Source of the DNA: Octopus vulgaris
Lineage: Eukaryota
DNA: 64,000 bases
Assembly: GCA_951406725.2 (NCBI GenBank)
Contig: OX597822.1
Location: forward strand, 6,944,001-7,008,000
Direction of reading: 5' to 3'
Positions 26,550 through 40,368 of this stretch are shown one piece after another. The notes below the pieces were generated by a model. It searched no databases. It saw only the letters and a program-made list of their open reading frames with translations, and was not told the origin of the DNA. A program made the translations under genes and the position numbers. Numbering within the stretch: the stretch's first letter is position 1; every line of letters starts with the position of its first letter.

Positions 26550-28440
26550 GCCTTGATTCCCAAAGTTTAAATAAAGTTTCGTCCTGCGGACCCCCTCCCG
26601 TTTTTTCAACGCTTCGCATGCCCCCACTGATGCCCCCAAATGAAAATAGCAAAATGACGAACTAAGCAAAATGACCTTGAAAAAATAATTGTTCATGACA
26701 GAAAATTTTACAGATAAAATAAAAATATTCAATGAGATGTGTATACTTGTTTCGTTGTACTTGTCTTTTTAATAATTGCTACCCTCATCCAATTTATTGC
26801 GAGCCTTTGTTTGAATTGATAGTAAATTTGCTAACGCCATCTCACATTCGTACGTAGTTGCGAATGGAACGATGAATTTGAGGGCCCATTTAGCGATATC
26901 TGGATAGGACTGCGTCATCTCAATCCAGAATTCACTGCAACACATGTTAAGGAAGGCATATTTTGCATCTCCATCATTGAGCAAGTTGATGAATTGTTCT
27001 TGAATGACATAATCTTCTGACGGAAGATCAACAACAGAGATTGCAACTTTTTCGAAATTTTGTAGGTCGGGGAAGTATCTTAGAATTTCAGTGTGAAGAA
27101 TTAAGACATGCTGTTTAATTATGTCGAGGATGTCAGCATCAATTCGAAGGTCATCTTCATCAAGGAAAGTATTGGGGTTCGGAAATGGTGGTGCAAAAGT
27201 CTCACATTCCAATTTAGAATGCCACAAATGGAGCTTCATTTTAAATGTAGTCATTTTTTTCATGACGATGGACAACGGCGAGTCCTTTTCTTGTAGTGCT
27301 AAGTTAACAGAATGAACTGATTCAAAAAGAAGGAGAGGCGTATAAGGAACCGAGTATTGGAGAAATGTCTGTGAAGTTCTTTTTTAGCACCACGAAGAAA
27401 TTCGCGCATCTCCTTTCGTAGAACGATGAGTCTTTTCAGTACTCTGGCTTTGCATAACTACCTCACATGGGAGTACAGTAACAGCGTTTCAAAATCGGAG
27501 CCATTGTCCTTGCACAAGTCAGCAAAAAGATAACTGGCTTTGATGAAATTTACCCCTTTGACCACATCATTCAAGCCATTCTTCAAATGGTCGAGCAATG
27601 TGTACCAATTCCGTGAGGAGACTTCTCCTTCTCCATTGTATGAAAGCCATAGCGGCACCCAAACATTGCTGGAGCAGCAGCGGTGCACACGCCAACAACG
27701 TGCTCCCAGTTTATGCTATGCGTGTTAAAGAATTGATTAACCTTTTGGAATATAACGTTTGCAGTCGTTCGGATGTTGCGGGTTTCGTGAAAAAGGAATT
27801 CATCCTGCAGGCATTTGTTATGCACGTAATGCACACAAACACAAAGTTGTGCTAAATCCGCTATGTCAATGGTTTCATCAATTTTGATGGCGACATAGTT
27901 AAACATTGCTGTTTTTATCTTTGAGATGACCCGAGACAAAATATTATTAGATATCTCAACGATTCGTTGACTGACACTGTTGTTGGAAAATGAACCATGT
28001 TTAAGCTTCTGTCGTTTAAGCTTCTGTCTTCGGACGTTCCGTGCACGAGTGAGATTATATCTTTGCAGCAAGGAAGAAGTAACTGCTTTCTAATGTTATG
28101 CTGTTGTTTTGAAGCAGCAATGTTTCTTGAAACCTCGAAGGGGGCTTTCTGATCAGCCGCAACGTCCTGCATACACATTCCTCTGTCATCAAGCCTGGAT
28201 TTGAGCAATCTGTCAGCTTGGCGTCTGAAAACATTCCTCGTCATTGTTGACTGCACTGGGATGTTTCGTTCCGATATGCCTCATTAGCCTGCTGGACTTC
28301 AGTGAAGAAGCTGCCAATATCTTAGAGCACAGAACTCACTGTGGTTTTTCTACTCCACAAAGCAGTAAGCACGGTGAAACTGAAGCTCAAATATGGCTCG
28401 TCATATCTCCTTTTCTTTCTATATGAAACTCTACAAATAA
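26550..28440 (-). mobile_element. Decayed hAT transposon (Buster/Charlie, ZBED8/SCAND3-like transposase)
   Basis: RYDEPYLSF (BED region), SNNSVSQRI, AIKIDETIDIADLAQLCV, DEFLF, LLLYSHVR, FATTYECE..KARNKLD. Many frameshifts. Confidence 0.9.
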
Positions 28441-28473
28441 ATATAATAACATGTAAATCTTGTGCATTAAATA

Positions 28474-28550
<77 letters not shown>

Positions 28551-29105
28551 TATATCTTTCAAAGCACGCTAATTTCTTATTCATGAGGAAGTTACTTCGA
28601 AATTGGTTAATTTTGTTTTACTTAAATATCTTCATTTTAGTCATTCTGTTGGATTTAGGTGACGTTTGTTACTATTGTAACGTCTTGAACCTACTTTAAA
28701 AAAGTTCAACTAAAAGTTCCTGTGTACTTTATGTAGAAGGAACGTCTTAATTCTGACAGTTCTTCTACTTTGTCTTTTTATTGGCTTATTCGGTCCATAA
28801 TTATTGATGCTTAACACAAACATAAAAAGTAAAATTAAGAATGAACTTACGATGATAAATCTGTCGAAAACATAGGCGTTCGTAAATGTTTGATGGTGAA
28901 AACAAATCGCAATCTAATCATAAACCACTCTTGTGGACTATGTTATCAATTAGCCGGTGTGACGGCCCCTGTAACAGCCCAGAACATACTCCTGCCTAGA
29001 CTATAACCGGGGCTAGTCTGAAAATTGGCGGTGTAACAACTTAGAATATACCTCTGCTCAGACTATACCCTCTCCAGACAACCAAGCCAGAATATACCCC
29101 TGCCT

Positions 29106-29286
29106 TGAGGCCGTAGTTGCCTGAGGCCGTAGTTGAAACCAATAGCGATTTTATAGAATAAATATACTGTTAAGCATTTCAAGATATTTTATTGTAATTT
29201 TGGTAAATATATCTTTTAAAATGAAATGTTAATGTTATTTTCATTTTTGCGTAATTTAGAGGACAATTCAATCACCGCACTCTGTA
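29106..29286 (+). mobile_element. Isolated copy of the Tc1/mariner right end
   Basis: Near-identical to 35732-35898. Confidence 0.9.
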
Positions 29287-29500
29287 TGTATATATATATA
29301 TATATATACAAGCCCCATACTTGCGGACAAATAACACAGATGTATCTCACTTATAAAAGTTGCCTCAGAACATATTTAAAATGTGGTAGCAATCGACGAA
29401 GAATTAAAAGATGCATATAAAGTTCGATTTAAACACAGCAATTTAGAAGTATGAAATGCAAATACTCAATGTACCAATAAAAAGACAATGTAGAGGTAAA

Positions 29501-29719
29501 TTACTCTTTTACTTGTTTCAGTCATTTGACTGCGGCCATGCTGGAGCACCGCCTTTAGTCGAGCAAATCGACCCCGGGACTTATTCTTTGTAAGCTCAGT
29601 ACTTATTCTAGAGGTCTCTTTTGCCGAACCGCTAAGTGACGGGGACGTAAACACACCAGCATCGGTTATCAAGCAATGCTAGCGGGACAAACACAGACAC
29701 ACAAACATATACACACACA

Positions 29720-29776
<57 letters not shown>

Positions 29777-29939
29777 GACAGGCTTCTTTCAGTTTCCGTC
29801 TACCAAATCCACTCACAAGGCATTGGTCGGCCCGGGGCTATAGCAGAAGACACTTGCCCAAGATGCCACGCAGTGGGACTGAACCCGGAACCATGTGGTT
29901 GGTTAGCAAGCTACTTACCACACAGCCACTGCTGCGCCT
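29501..29939 (-). mobile_element. tRNA-derived SINE, family B, full length
   Basis: Minus strand: aggcgcagcagtggctgtgtggtaag (A-box), gggttcagtccc (B-box), CORE-like cttgggcaagtg, internal (TA)n, gagtaa tail. Confidence 0.9.
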
Positions 29940-32047
29940 GGAAAACAAAAATTGACAACTTGCAAATGCTGCACAGCGCACCTGTACTCTGAGTCATAGC
30001 CTAGATTCGTGCCAATGTGGCCATTCGTGTTGAGTTTATCATATTGATTCGTTTTAAACTACTTTGCTTTTGATAATTCTAAATTGCTACGTTTAAATCG
30101 AAGTTTACATGTAACATTTAATTATTGTTACAGCGATGTCACATTTATATATGTTCTGAGGCAGCTTTTATAAGTGAGGTACATCTGTGTTATTTGTCCG
30201 CAGGCATGATGTATAGTCAAGACAGGGGTATATTCTGGCTTGGTTGGCTGGAGGGGTTATAGTCTGGGCAGTGGTATTTTCTAGGCTGTTACACAGCAAA
30301 TTTTCAATCCTGTTTATACTTGTTGCGCTCATATATCAGCACCGATAGAAAAAGCCGCAGAGCGACGCCTGCATTCAAGTACGTGTGTGTACGCCCTGCG
30401 CTTGAATGCTCTTATTTATGCATATATCCATATCTTTCTGTCTCTATATCTATACATATGATATATACATTATATTCTATTACATAATGCAATATATAGA
30501 TATATATATCATTATATTTCACAAAAACGCGTATGACAATGAATGTCTCCGCGTTCAAAACGCCCTAATAATTACATAAGTGTTGTAGAAACATAAGGCA
30601 TTTTAACCCATTCCAGAGAAGCTATCAGCCAATCTGTCTATATACTCAATCTTTCCAATAGCTACTGAAGAATGGCGCTAATCCTCATTTGCATAGAGTA
30701 ATTGTTATCATTACCTAATACCAGTATTTTCATTTGTTACTTGTCAGAGTGATAACTTACATAATCGCATTCATTTCTTCATTGTCTTCCCATGCGCAGG
30801 TGAAATGCAATACAACTAAAAGCAGATTTCGAAACGCGGTCGCATATTCTGTCGTGCGAAAGCTTACAGTGTACAATACTTCACCAAATATAGTGTGTCC
30901 TCCTATACAAGCCTGATTGTAATTTATGTATTGTTTAGATTATATATCTATTAATATCTAAGTTGTGTTTTTATAGACTGGACATTATATTTCTTTTGTA
31001 GTGTCTATATTACACATCTATTGACAGATAAATTATGTCTCTTTCTAATGGGCATAATATTTCTTTATGTGTTATCTATATTAGTTTTATTAACATCTAA
31101 ATTACCTCTTTATATGATGGTCATACGATTTCTTTATGTTCTTACTAAATCCTACTTCCATTAACAGCTAAGTTCTGTTTTATTTTTTTATTTGTCTTTT
31201 CTTTTTTGTATAATATAACATACATAAGTGTTTCTCTAGATGCCATATTGTAATTTAAGAATCAATTAACAACACCAATATATACATATGCGTGTGTGTA
31301 TGTGCGTTTGTGTGTGTCTGTGTGTCTGTGTCTATGTGTGTGGCTGATACACATAAGTGAAGTGCGTGCACGCACATACACGTACACACACCACTCGCCA
31401 CATACACGCACAAATATGCTCACATACATAGTGAGTGATGATAGACTTGTTGCAATTTGAAACTGATTCCTTTCACTTCCATTTTGATAATTTTGTGTGG
31501 CAAAGCATGAAAACCACAGTTTCATTATCTCAATAAACCAATTAGATAAAAACACAGAATATAGTGAAATGGTTTAATCAATATACCGCCCAATTTAATG
31601 AATTATCTTCCTTAGTAGCAAATCATACATGGGTGATTATATTTCTTTCTTTCATGGATGAGGAAGCGAATTCTGGTAAAATTCGATAGTTTTTCTTTCC
31701 TGACTCACATAAAGATATACTGAGTAAAATCTTATATTCGGGCAGTTTGGAAAATTATGTAGTCCCCCTTTACACATCTACTACGTGATTCATAGGTCGT
31801 CCAGAAACATGCAAAATAAAGCATTTCATTTGGTTGAGACAAGATATATTGTTAACGAAACCCTGCACAATCACTAGGCGCAACAGAACTTCTTGGCGTG
31901 GCTTTAGGGTAGGAAGTTTGCCTCCTGGCTACAAGGCAGTTCATCCTTGAGTAAATGTCGAGCTCTCTGCATACGTACTTGTGACTGGATTTGGTAGACG
32001 GAAGCTGAAAGAAGCCGTTCGCATATATGTATGTTTGTATTTATTTA

Positions 32048-32085
<38 letters not shown>

Positions 32086-32227
32086 AAATGGATAAATGAA
32101 TTATCTTGTTACGGATTATTCAAAAGATAACCGATACCTGGGTAGCAAAAATCACAACAGAAAAATCACGGTTGAGGTTACGACCATGGGGTCTCAAACC
32201 CGTGCCTTAGTGCGGAAATTTGAAGTT

Positions 32228-32273
32228 TATATATTTAGTGTATGAAGAAATGGAGCTCCATTTCTTCATACAC

Positions 32274-32283
<10 letters not shown>
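32228..32283. repeat. Perfect 56-bp palindrome with no spacer
   Basis: tatatatttagtgtatgaagaaatggag|ctccatttcttcatacactaaatatata. Confidence 0.95.
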
Positions 32284-32325
<42 letters not shown>

Positions 32326-32535
32326 TCAATAAATGGTGGGGTTGTGTTGACCGCACGTGGAGAAATGATAAGCAATGAAAAATTGTAAGAATGCAGAATG
32401 CTCGATTGAAAGAAAATTTTAATGAATTGAGAAAATGAAAAAATATAGAAATACATTTCCACCCACAACCCCAAAAATATCGAGGCATACACCACAATCA
32501 TACAAAACCTCAGTCTACTGTCAACAGACCCCAAA

Positions 32536-33060
32536 ATGAAAAACATTATAAATACACACAAAATCCTCAAATGTAAAAGGCAACACAAATCTTTAAAAAA
32601 ACTCTTGACAAATGCCAAACTTCACACACCACATCCACCCCCAGCAGTAAAAAAATGTGCACGCCCAAACTGTGGGACATGCCCCCTCCTACTTGAAGGT
32701 TCTGAATTTACCTTCAAACAAGGTACGAAGTTTAAAATCAAGACTAACTTCTCCTGTTCCTCCGAGAACCTTATCTACGTTCTCACATGCGCTGGTTGCC
32801 AACATAATTATGTTCGACAAACGAGTCTCCCGTTACGTAAACGAGTAGCGGTGCATAAAGAACAAATAAATCTCCCGGAATATCAACAAATTCCACTGAG
32901 TGGCCACATAGACTCATGCGCTAAAGACTTAAACCCCAAATTCTATATATTCCCCTCCTACCAATGTAAAGACGGCATCACCACACAGAAGAGAATTAAC
33001 AAGGAGAATCTCTTTATTGAAAAATTCCAAACACAACTTAATATACAAACTCCTCGTTGA
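32536..33060 (+). CDS. PLE C-terminal Cys-linker + GIY-YIG endonuclease fragment
   Basis: CARPNCGTC, NLIYVLTCAGCQHNYVRQT, KENLFIEKFQTQLN. Homologous to the end of the 24130-26040 ORF. Confidence 0.85.
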   Translation: MKNIINTHKILKCKRQHKSLKKLLTNAKLHTPHPPPAVKKCARPNCGTCPLLLEGSEFTFKQGTKFKIKTNFSCSSENLIYVLTCAGCQHNYVRQTSLPLRKRVAVHKEQINLPEYQQIPLSGHIDSCAKDLNPKFYIFPSYQCKDGITTQKRINKENLFIEKFQTQLNIQTPR

Positions 33061-33691
33061 TCAAACTTCCCTTTTCTACCTCATTCTTCATGGATGGACT
33101 CACACAAATATATAAGGATACCATAGATTCATCACTTCAAGCAAAAACTTATACTCTTTAAATATCATTTTTACTATTGTTGTTATTACCATCATCTTTA
33201 TTATTTATGATATAACAATCTGAAATGCAATTGTCTATGCAAATTTATATAATTAGAAAATAATATAAATAAAGTGTTAAAATCTCAAAGTTAAATTAAC
33301 AAACAATTATATAAAAAAGATAATGCAAATGAAGCTAAAATGACAATTTTATAATTTGGGGTTTATCAGCAGCTTTTATTGAAGAACTCAAAAGAGTTGT
33401 CTCCCCTTATTCACAACACAGGAACTGAAGAACCACAATTACTACTACTTCCTGTTTTGCCAACATCCTAAATTAAACCAAACAACACATGGCCTTAATC
33501 ACATTGGATCCTAATACCTCAAGGTAATTTTTTCATGAACAATCATTAAACTCAAGATACACAACGAACTCACAATGTATCGGAGTACTTATTTTTTAAT
33601 TTTTATACATATTTACTACTATTATTCTTTTGCAAAAAACAATGCAACTTTTTTTCCCCTTTCTCATTTTTAAAAAACCTTTTCACCTAAC

Positions 33692-33733
33692 TATTCTTGA
33701 TGAGTCAAACTATGACGAAAACCGGTTTGAATA
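33692..33733 (+). ncRNA. Minimal hammerhead in PLE pLTR (core UUGAUGA, U3-G8)
   Basis: tattc-TTGATGA-gtca aacta tgac-GAAA ACCGGT TT-gaata. Confidence 0.7.
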
Positions 33734-33820
33734 AATATATATTTCTATATTTTTTCATTTTCTCAATTCATTAAAATTTTCTTTCAATCGAGCATTCTGC
33801 ATTCTTACAATTTTTCATTG

Positions 33821-33914
<94 letters not shown>

Positions 33915-34257
33915 AAGGTAGAACAGAAAGAAAAGGAACATAATAAACAGAATCCTACCAAATACAGCATGCAGAAAAATAGACGATAGCAGCACAAACA
34001 GCAAACAGGACAAAAAACAAGATACACGGACCATTCGCAGCCGATTTCCTCATCGGCCGGAGTTCGGAAAACCCATGTAATTTCGTCACCTTATCTCTGC
34101 CAACTCGAATCTGCTGGGTGGCAAGGAGTTTCGCCCCCAACTCGAATCTACTGGGTGCCAGGGAATAAGCTAAAAGAATTAACCCTTTGAGAAAAGCAAA
34201 CGAATGTATACAAGAACAGAAACTAAAACGAAGTTAGAATTACATATCTGTATATAT

Positions 34258-34472
34258 GTGTGACCTCGTGAGTACCGCTGGCGATTTTTTTTCCTCTGTC
34301 TTCCCTTCTCGGGATCTTCCTTCTCCTATGTTTCCGACGAAGAGCTCCGCTCGAAACGTTGAACCCTCCTTCTCCCCTTCTTTCTTGAGCGTCCAATAAT
34401 ACTTTATTTGTTCCACGTCCTCGCGTTGCTGTGTTTTTTTTTGTTTTTTTTTGTGTTTTCTTGTTTGGATTA

Positions 34473-34478
<6 letters not shown>
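34258..34478 (+). mobile_element. Short PLE-terminus-like element ending in (TA)n
   Basis: Contains a hammerhead and a T-rich 3' end, the same layout as 1752-1905. Confidence 0.55.
34330..34364 (+). ncRNA. Minimal hammerhead (core CCGACGA, U4C)
   Basis: gttt-CCGACGA-a-gagc tcc gctc-GAAAC GTT-gaac. Confidence 0.6.
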
Positions 34479-34527
<49 letters not shown>

Positions 34528-34689
34528 TCATATGCACACACATACGGTGAGGGTGGTTCGCACTCGTGCAAATCTGTGTGCGGCTGTGTTTGTCAGTGTG
34601 CTTGTATGTATGCGTGTGATTGTTCATTTATGTGCGTGTTTGTGTGTATGTGTGCCTGTTTGCGTATGTGTATGTGTGTGTGTGTACGT

Positions 34690-34900
34690 GAATATGTCTT
34701 TGTCTCCATGAATGTACCCCAGCATCGTTTGTAAACATGTTTATGTTCCCGTATGTTAACGGTTTGGTAAATGATACAATCGAATAAGTATCCGGCATTA
34801 ACCGAAGTACTTGAGGCCGAGTTGTCCGATTAAAATTCTTCAATGCGGTGCCCCAGCATAGCCGCAGTTTAATGACTGAAGCAGTGAAAGATAAAAGATA
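34690..34900 (+). mobile_element. SINE family B 3' half, degenerate
   Basis: cgaataagta...gcggtgccccagcatagccgcagtttaatgactgaa. Confidence 0.7.
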
Positions 34901-34920
34901 TGTTTCCCATACATACATAT

Positions 34921-34951
<31 letters not shown>

Positions 34952-35030
34952 CATACATACATACATACATACATTCATACATACATACATGCATAATACG
35001 TAAATACATACATCCATACATACACACATA

Positions 35031-35896
35031 CAGGTTGCAATAGGTAAATTGGACGTCATTTTATATTATTAATTTCACGCATGCACAATGTGTGGTTTTC
35101 ATTTTGTCGACTACATAATATAGTAGGGTCTGTTGGGCACGGTCTGTGAGAGAAAACACCTGCATCACGCAATTCCCACCGCCAGAAAATTGGAAACAAC
35201 ATACTGTACTGCTTAGCATTCGCGCCGGAAGCTCCAATACGAACATTTGACAATGTGTGGGGTGTCCACCTGAGGACATATTCCGAGAGTGATAAATATC
35301 AAGCATCCAGACAGCATCATGGTGTTTGGAGTAATCACTAGTGATGATGTCGTCATGCCTTCTTTCATCGTCTCACACGGCCTCAGATTCAACACGGAGG
35401 CCTACATCAAGTGCCTGGAGGAGGTAGTGCGGCCCTGGGTGAAGAGGGTGGCTGCTAGAAGATCTTATGTCTGGCAACAGGACTCTACACCATGCCGCAC
35501 AAACAGGAGAACCCAATTATGGCTGTCAGGCAATTTCCGGGACCATATCACTCCTAACATCTACCTCCTCAGACTGCTACCCCTTGATTATTATGTGTGG
35601 GGCGCAATTGAACGAGAGACCAACAAAACTCCTTGTAATATCGAAGATGAACTGAAGGGAAGGATTAGGGCAGCATTCACCAACTTAAACAAGGAGACCG
35701 TCCAGAAGAGTTGCAGGAGAGTCCAAAGTCGCCTGAGGCCGTAGTTGAAACCAATTTCAATTTTATAGAATAAATATACTGTTAAGCATTTCAAGATATG
35801 TTATTGTAATTTTGGTAAATATATCTTTTAAAATGAAATATTAATGTTATTTTCATTTTTGCGTAATTTAGAGGACAATTCAATCACCGCACTCTG
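35031..35896 (+). mobile_element. Internally deleted Tc1/mariner element (maT/DD37D-like)
   Basis: TA|caggttgc...gcactctg|TA with degenerate TIRs. ORF 35289-35744 has KHPDSIMVFGVITSD, YVWQQDS and PLDYYVWG. Confidence 0.88.
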
Positions 35897-37409
35897 TATT
35901 TATATATATTTATATGTGTATGTGTTTGTGTGCGCGCGCGTAGTATGTGTGTGTGTGGACGCGCGTTTGTGTATGTATATATGTATGTTTGTAGTATGTA
36001 TGCATGTATACACACCCACACAATGATATACATGTATACGCGCACAAATAGGAATATAAATGATGAATTGTTTAAATCCTCCATAATAAAAACCTATATT
36101 TATACTCATGATTGTTTATTGAGACACGCAATATTATCTTCTTTTCTAGAATTCAATAAAATTCTAAATTTTGCTAATTTTAATCGTCGTAAGTTATTTC
36201 CATTGTTTGAAACCGTCTACCGCGATCATTTGATATTTTTCTATCTTTTGTAAGTTATTTTATATATCAAATGATACCACCGGCTTTTGTTGAACCCTTC
36301 TTAATAATTAACAGTCTAGCTACTTTACTGTTATGAATGCTCACTTAAGATATCTTATCCTAATAAGAACGTATTGGAAATTACTAAATATGAAACCATT
36401 TCGAACTTGTGTTTCTATTTTGATATCTAAATTTATTGTATTCTACGAAAGTACAAACGAATATTTCATTCTTCATTTTTGTTTTTGTTTTTTTGTTTTT
36501 TTATTCTTTTAACATATAAACATATTCTAATAAATACATTCCTATTTTTTCGCCATTTAATAAACACTACCGAAATACATTGAATCACAAATAGATATTT
36601 TTGCCAAACAAGTAACTGTGTTTTATATGAGATAAACTCCCTAAAGGGTTCACTACAGAAAATGTGACAGTTCATCAAAAAATTAAAGTGGAGGAGCGTT
36701 TTAGTTTTATAATAAACGGAAAACAACAATAATCTCTAAAACGTGTTTCCGCGCAATAAACGTTTACCTATAAATAAGATTATTTAATCGCCCGAAGGAG
36801 ATGTTTGCCGTTAATGAAAAATATAAATTTTAGAGATACAAGAATAGCCTCCGGGATGTACAAAGCTAGATTACAAAAACACAAAAATAACAATCACGCA
36901 AGTCAAATATTTCTTCAAAATTCATAAACGAAAACTCTATCAATCTGGATAACGCACGCACTTACATGTACATATATAAGAGAGAAACAATATAGAAACG
37001 CAAATTATATGAACAGCCATTGAAATAATTTATTACAGATTCTGAAATCAGCGGTGTATCAAATTACAACTGAAACACCTGCTTACCTTTCAACAATATA
37101 AGAACTTCTTTTATTTTATCATTTTATTGCACCTCAATATTTTTTTGTTTACATTATTATCGCAGCAAATTTCTCATCAAGCCCTAATTAATATTTACAA
37201 GCATTTCAATCCACTTAAGAGCCTAATTAGTAACATCTTTTAAAAATTGTTTCTTTATGTTTATATTCTTTTCCATTTATTCTCGAACAACGATATCCTT
37301 GTATGGTATATCTGCTTGATTATACTTTTAACCGTTATGCCACTATTTTGTATATAAGGGTTCTGATGGTTTGATTTGGTAAATATTTCTTTATTTTAAT
37401 ATAAGACGC

Positions 37410-37770
37410 GTTTAAAATTCCAGCGATGTCGACTCTGCCTTTCATCATTTCGGTATCGATAAGAAGTTGAACATTGGGGTCGGTGTAATCGACTTGCTCC
37501 TTCCCCGACGTTGCTGGCATTGCTCCAAAAATTGAAATCAGTACATTTTGCCATTAAGTTGGCGATCTGGCAGAATCGTTAGACACCAAGAAAAGTGCTT
37601 GGTGGCATTTCTTCCGAATCTATGTTCTCATTTGAAATTCCGCTGCGATCTGGTTTACCTTTCATCCTTTCAGCGCCGTTAGCATAAGTACCAGCTGGAT
37701 ACTGGGGTCAATCTAATCGACATAGTCCCTCTCCACAAAATGATACCTTGTACCAAAATCTGAAACCGAC
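37410..37770 (+). mobile_element. Two degenerate family-A SINE copies
   Basis: gtcgactctgcctttcatc..ggggtcggtgtaatcgact and ggcgatctggcagaatcgttag..cctttcatcctttc..taagtaccag. Confidence 0.7.
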
Positions 37771-39734
37771 ATATGTTGGCTTTTTGACCCAGATTTATAT
37801 TCGCTTCTCATGATATCGTGTATGCTTTTTAGCTGTGCATTGATGTGTTCCCCACCAAACTATTTCATTCAGCTTCAGCTTTTTTCACATTATCCCATTC
37901 TTCGCGATAAAGTTTTGCGTACCGCACAATTTTGTGCATGTACTTTTTCATAATACACATTTATATGTTACTTTAAATGAACCGTTGTATAGGTGATAGC
38001 GACAATATGTCATTACCTTTGCCTTTAAATAACACTCCTTGTCGCTACCATCCAAATATTCTCACATGCCAAATTTTATTTCAGTCGAATTAGGGCTACT
38101 ACTAACAATGGGTTATATAGTAACAGCTTGTACATCTAGTTCCATTATACGCATTATTCACGTGAACATAGCTTAACTAAATTTTCAATTATTTATACAG
38201 ACAAGACAATGATATAGCAAACCATACTAACAACTTCAACAGATATCCCTTAGCTACACACCAGGAGAATAAAATTATTGAAATCATACCCTTACAAGTT
38301 ATAGCATATATCTCCCAATAGTAAATCAATATTTTAAAAGCAAACCTTGTTACTATGATTTGAACAAATAACTGACAATCATATTTGAATTATATATTAC
38401 TTTTCGTAACATCAACCCTATTCCACAACATAAATTTTTTCTCCTCATGCATTAATTTCACCTAATATACGCACACCTATCATATACACAAAATAATCAT
38501 ATCTTATGTACGCTAACTGTTATAATCGCGTATAACTATAACAACATTAAATTCTCTACCTCACGAGTTCGTGTTATATTTAACCATTCTTTCGTTACTT
38601 CGTAAAACCTATTGTACCTCACTGTATTTGGTTTTTATTATGAGTTACGTTTCACCATTGTTTGCTACTCTTTCTTATTAAATTTCTTAACTTTGTTTCT
38701 AATTCGCATTTTAAATCGCCTAATTACACATGTCTGTAAACAAATCATCTCTTTACCATACGTTAAGACAATAAACCTTCCTATTATTAAATTCTATCCA
38801 TTATTAACGTACAAAGCTGCTCTATATGTAAAGAAGATAAAACTTTCTCCTTAAATATCTAACAAAGTATTACTAGATTTCTTTGTTTATAATCTTTTTT
38901 CTCTCATATAAAACGGTTTTTATACATAAATGTTTGTCACATTCTCTTACGCATAATTCTTTAACTTTATAAGCTAAAAAAAGTATAAACTTTAAGTAAT
39001 TACAATTTCCTCTAGAGTTGAATTCAAATATTACTACTCTCTAAACCATATCATCTTTCATAACTACTTCTTCTTAATGACTAAATGATTATTCTCAAAT
39101 AAACTTGGCACGAGATCATTTCACTCTTTCCTTTTAATTCATTATGTTCCTCATAGAACGATCTGTTTGTGATAACTTTATAGCAGTCATTTAAAACACA
39201 TTTAGATTCATGATAAATTCGTGTCATTTGGAGCTTCATCCTGTACGTATTAATAGTCTAAACAACTGAAATTTCCTCTTAATTCTTAACTTCACATATA
39301 TCTAAATTTGTTTTGAAAGCTGTAAATCAATAAACAACTGGGACTAACTTTTTAACTATAATTACAAGTCATATATTTAACTTATAAAATATTAAAAATT
39401 TTTGTAAGTAATCTTTGATATGAGACTATTTTTCTTTCACTTCGAAGGAAACGCTATTGTTTATAACGCTATTTTTTATAACAGCCGTGAAATAATGCGA
39501 TTTGACTTGATAGTTTATATGCATATCATTTTATAGCATTTCTGGTCCTCGTTCGCGAAGCCGAGCCATGATGATAATCTGGAAATTGAAAATTGTTGCA
39601 ATACCCACTCAATAGGTGGATATGCATGACAAATTATACAGGATGATTTTGCAAAATTTCCACAATACACAATGAATTTCTCTCGCATTTGAGTTACAAT
39701 AGTAATAATAATCCTGAACTTAGCCTGAAACAAG

Positions 39735-40178
39735 GCCTAAATTTTGGGTAGGGGGCTAGCCGATTACGTCCACCCGAGTACTCAACTGCTACTTATTTTA
39801 TTGGTCCCGAAACGATGAAAGTAAATGCCGAGCCCGGTGGAATTTGAACTCAGAACGTAAAAACAAACGAAATAGGGCTAAGCATTTTGCTCAACGTGTT
39901 CACGAATTTGCTGGTTCGCAGTCATAACACAACCGTAAAAATAATAATAATAACTATAATTGTTTCTAATCTTTGTCACAAGGACAGCACATATGAGGGG
40001 GAGAAGAGGTCATTGACACTGATCTCCATTACTTAACTGCTAATTATTATATTCCGAAATGGATGAAAAGTGAAATCGACCTCGGGAACAATGCGACTCG
40101 GGACATAAAAACGGCAGAAATACTGTTAAGCATTTTTCTGACGTGCTGAGAAATTTGCCAGTTGACAGCTTCAGTAAC

Positions 40179-40259
<81 letters not shown>

Positions 40260-40278
40260 CGTCGTCGTCGTCGTCGTC

Positions 40279-40368
<90 letters not shown>

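Larger units (their letters stand above)
29020..30306. mobile_element. MITE/fold-back element with ~240-bp diverged TIRs and nested insertions
   Basis: 29020-29108 pairs with 30217-30306, and 29317-29465 pairs with 30060-30209. Confidence 0.7.
32325..33823 (+). mobile_element. 5'-truncated Penelope-like element with inverted terminal segment
   Basis: GIY-YIG ORF at 32536-33060 and hammerhead at 33692. 32370-32454 is the reverse complement of 33740-33823. (TA)n flanks. Confidence 0.9.

Noticed and set aside
26769-28440. Domesticated ZBED8/SCAND3-type host gene
   Set aside because: Multiple frameshifts and stops indicate a dead transposon.
37850-39450. Possible ancient retroelement relic (C/T-skewed tract)
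   Set aside because: No recognisable motif in any frame.
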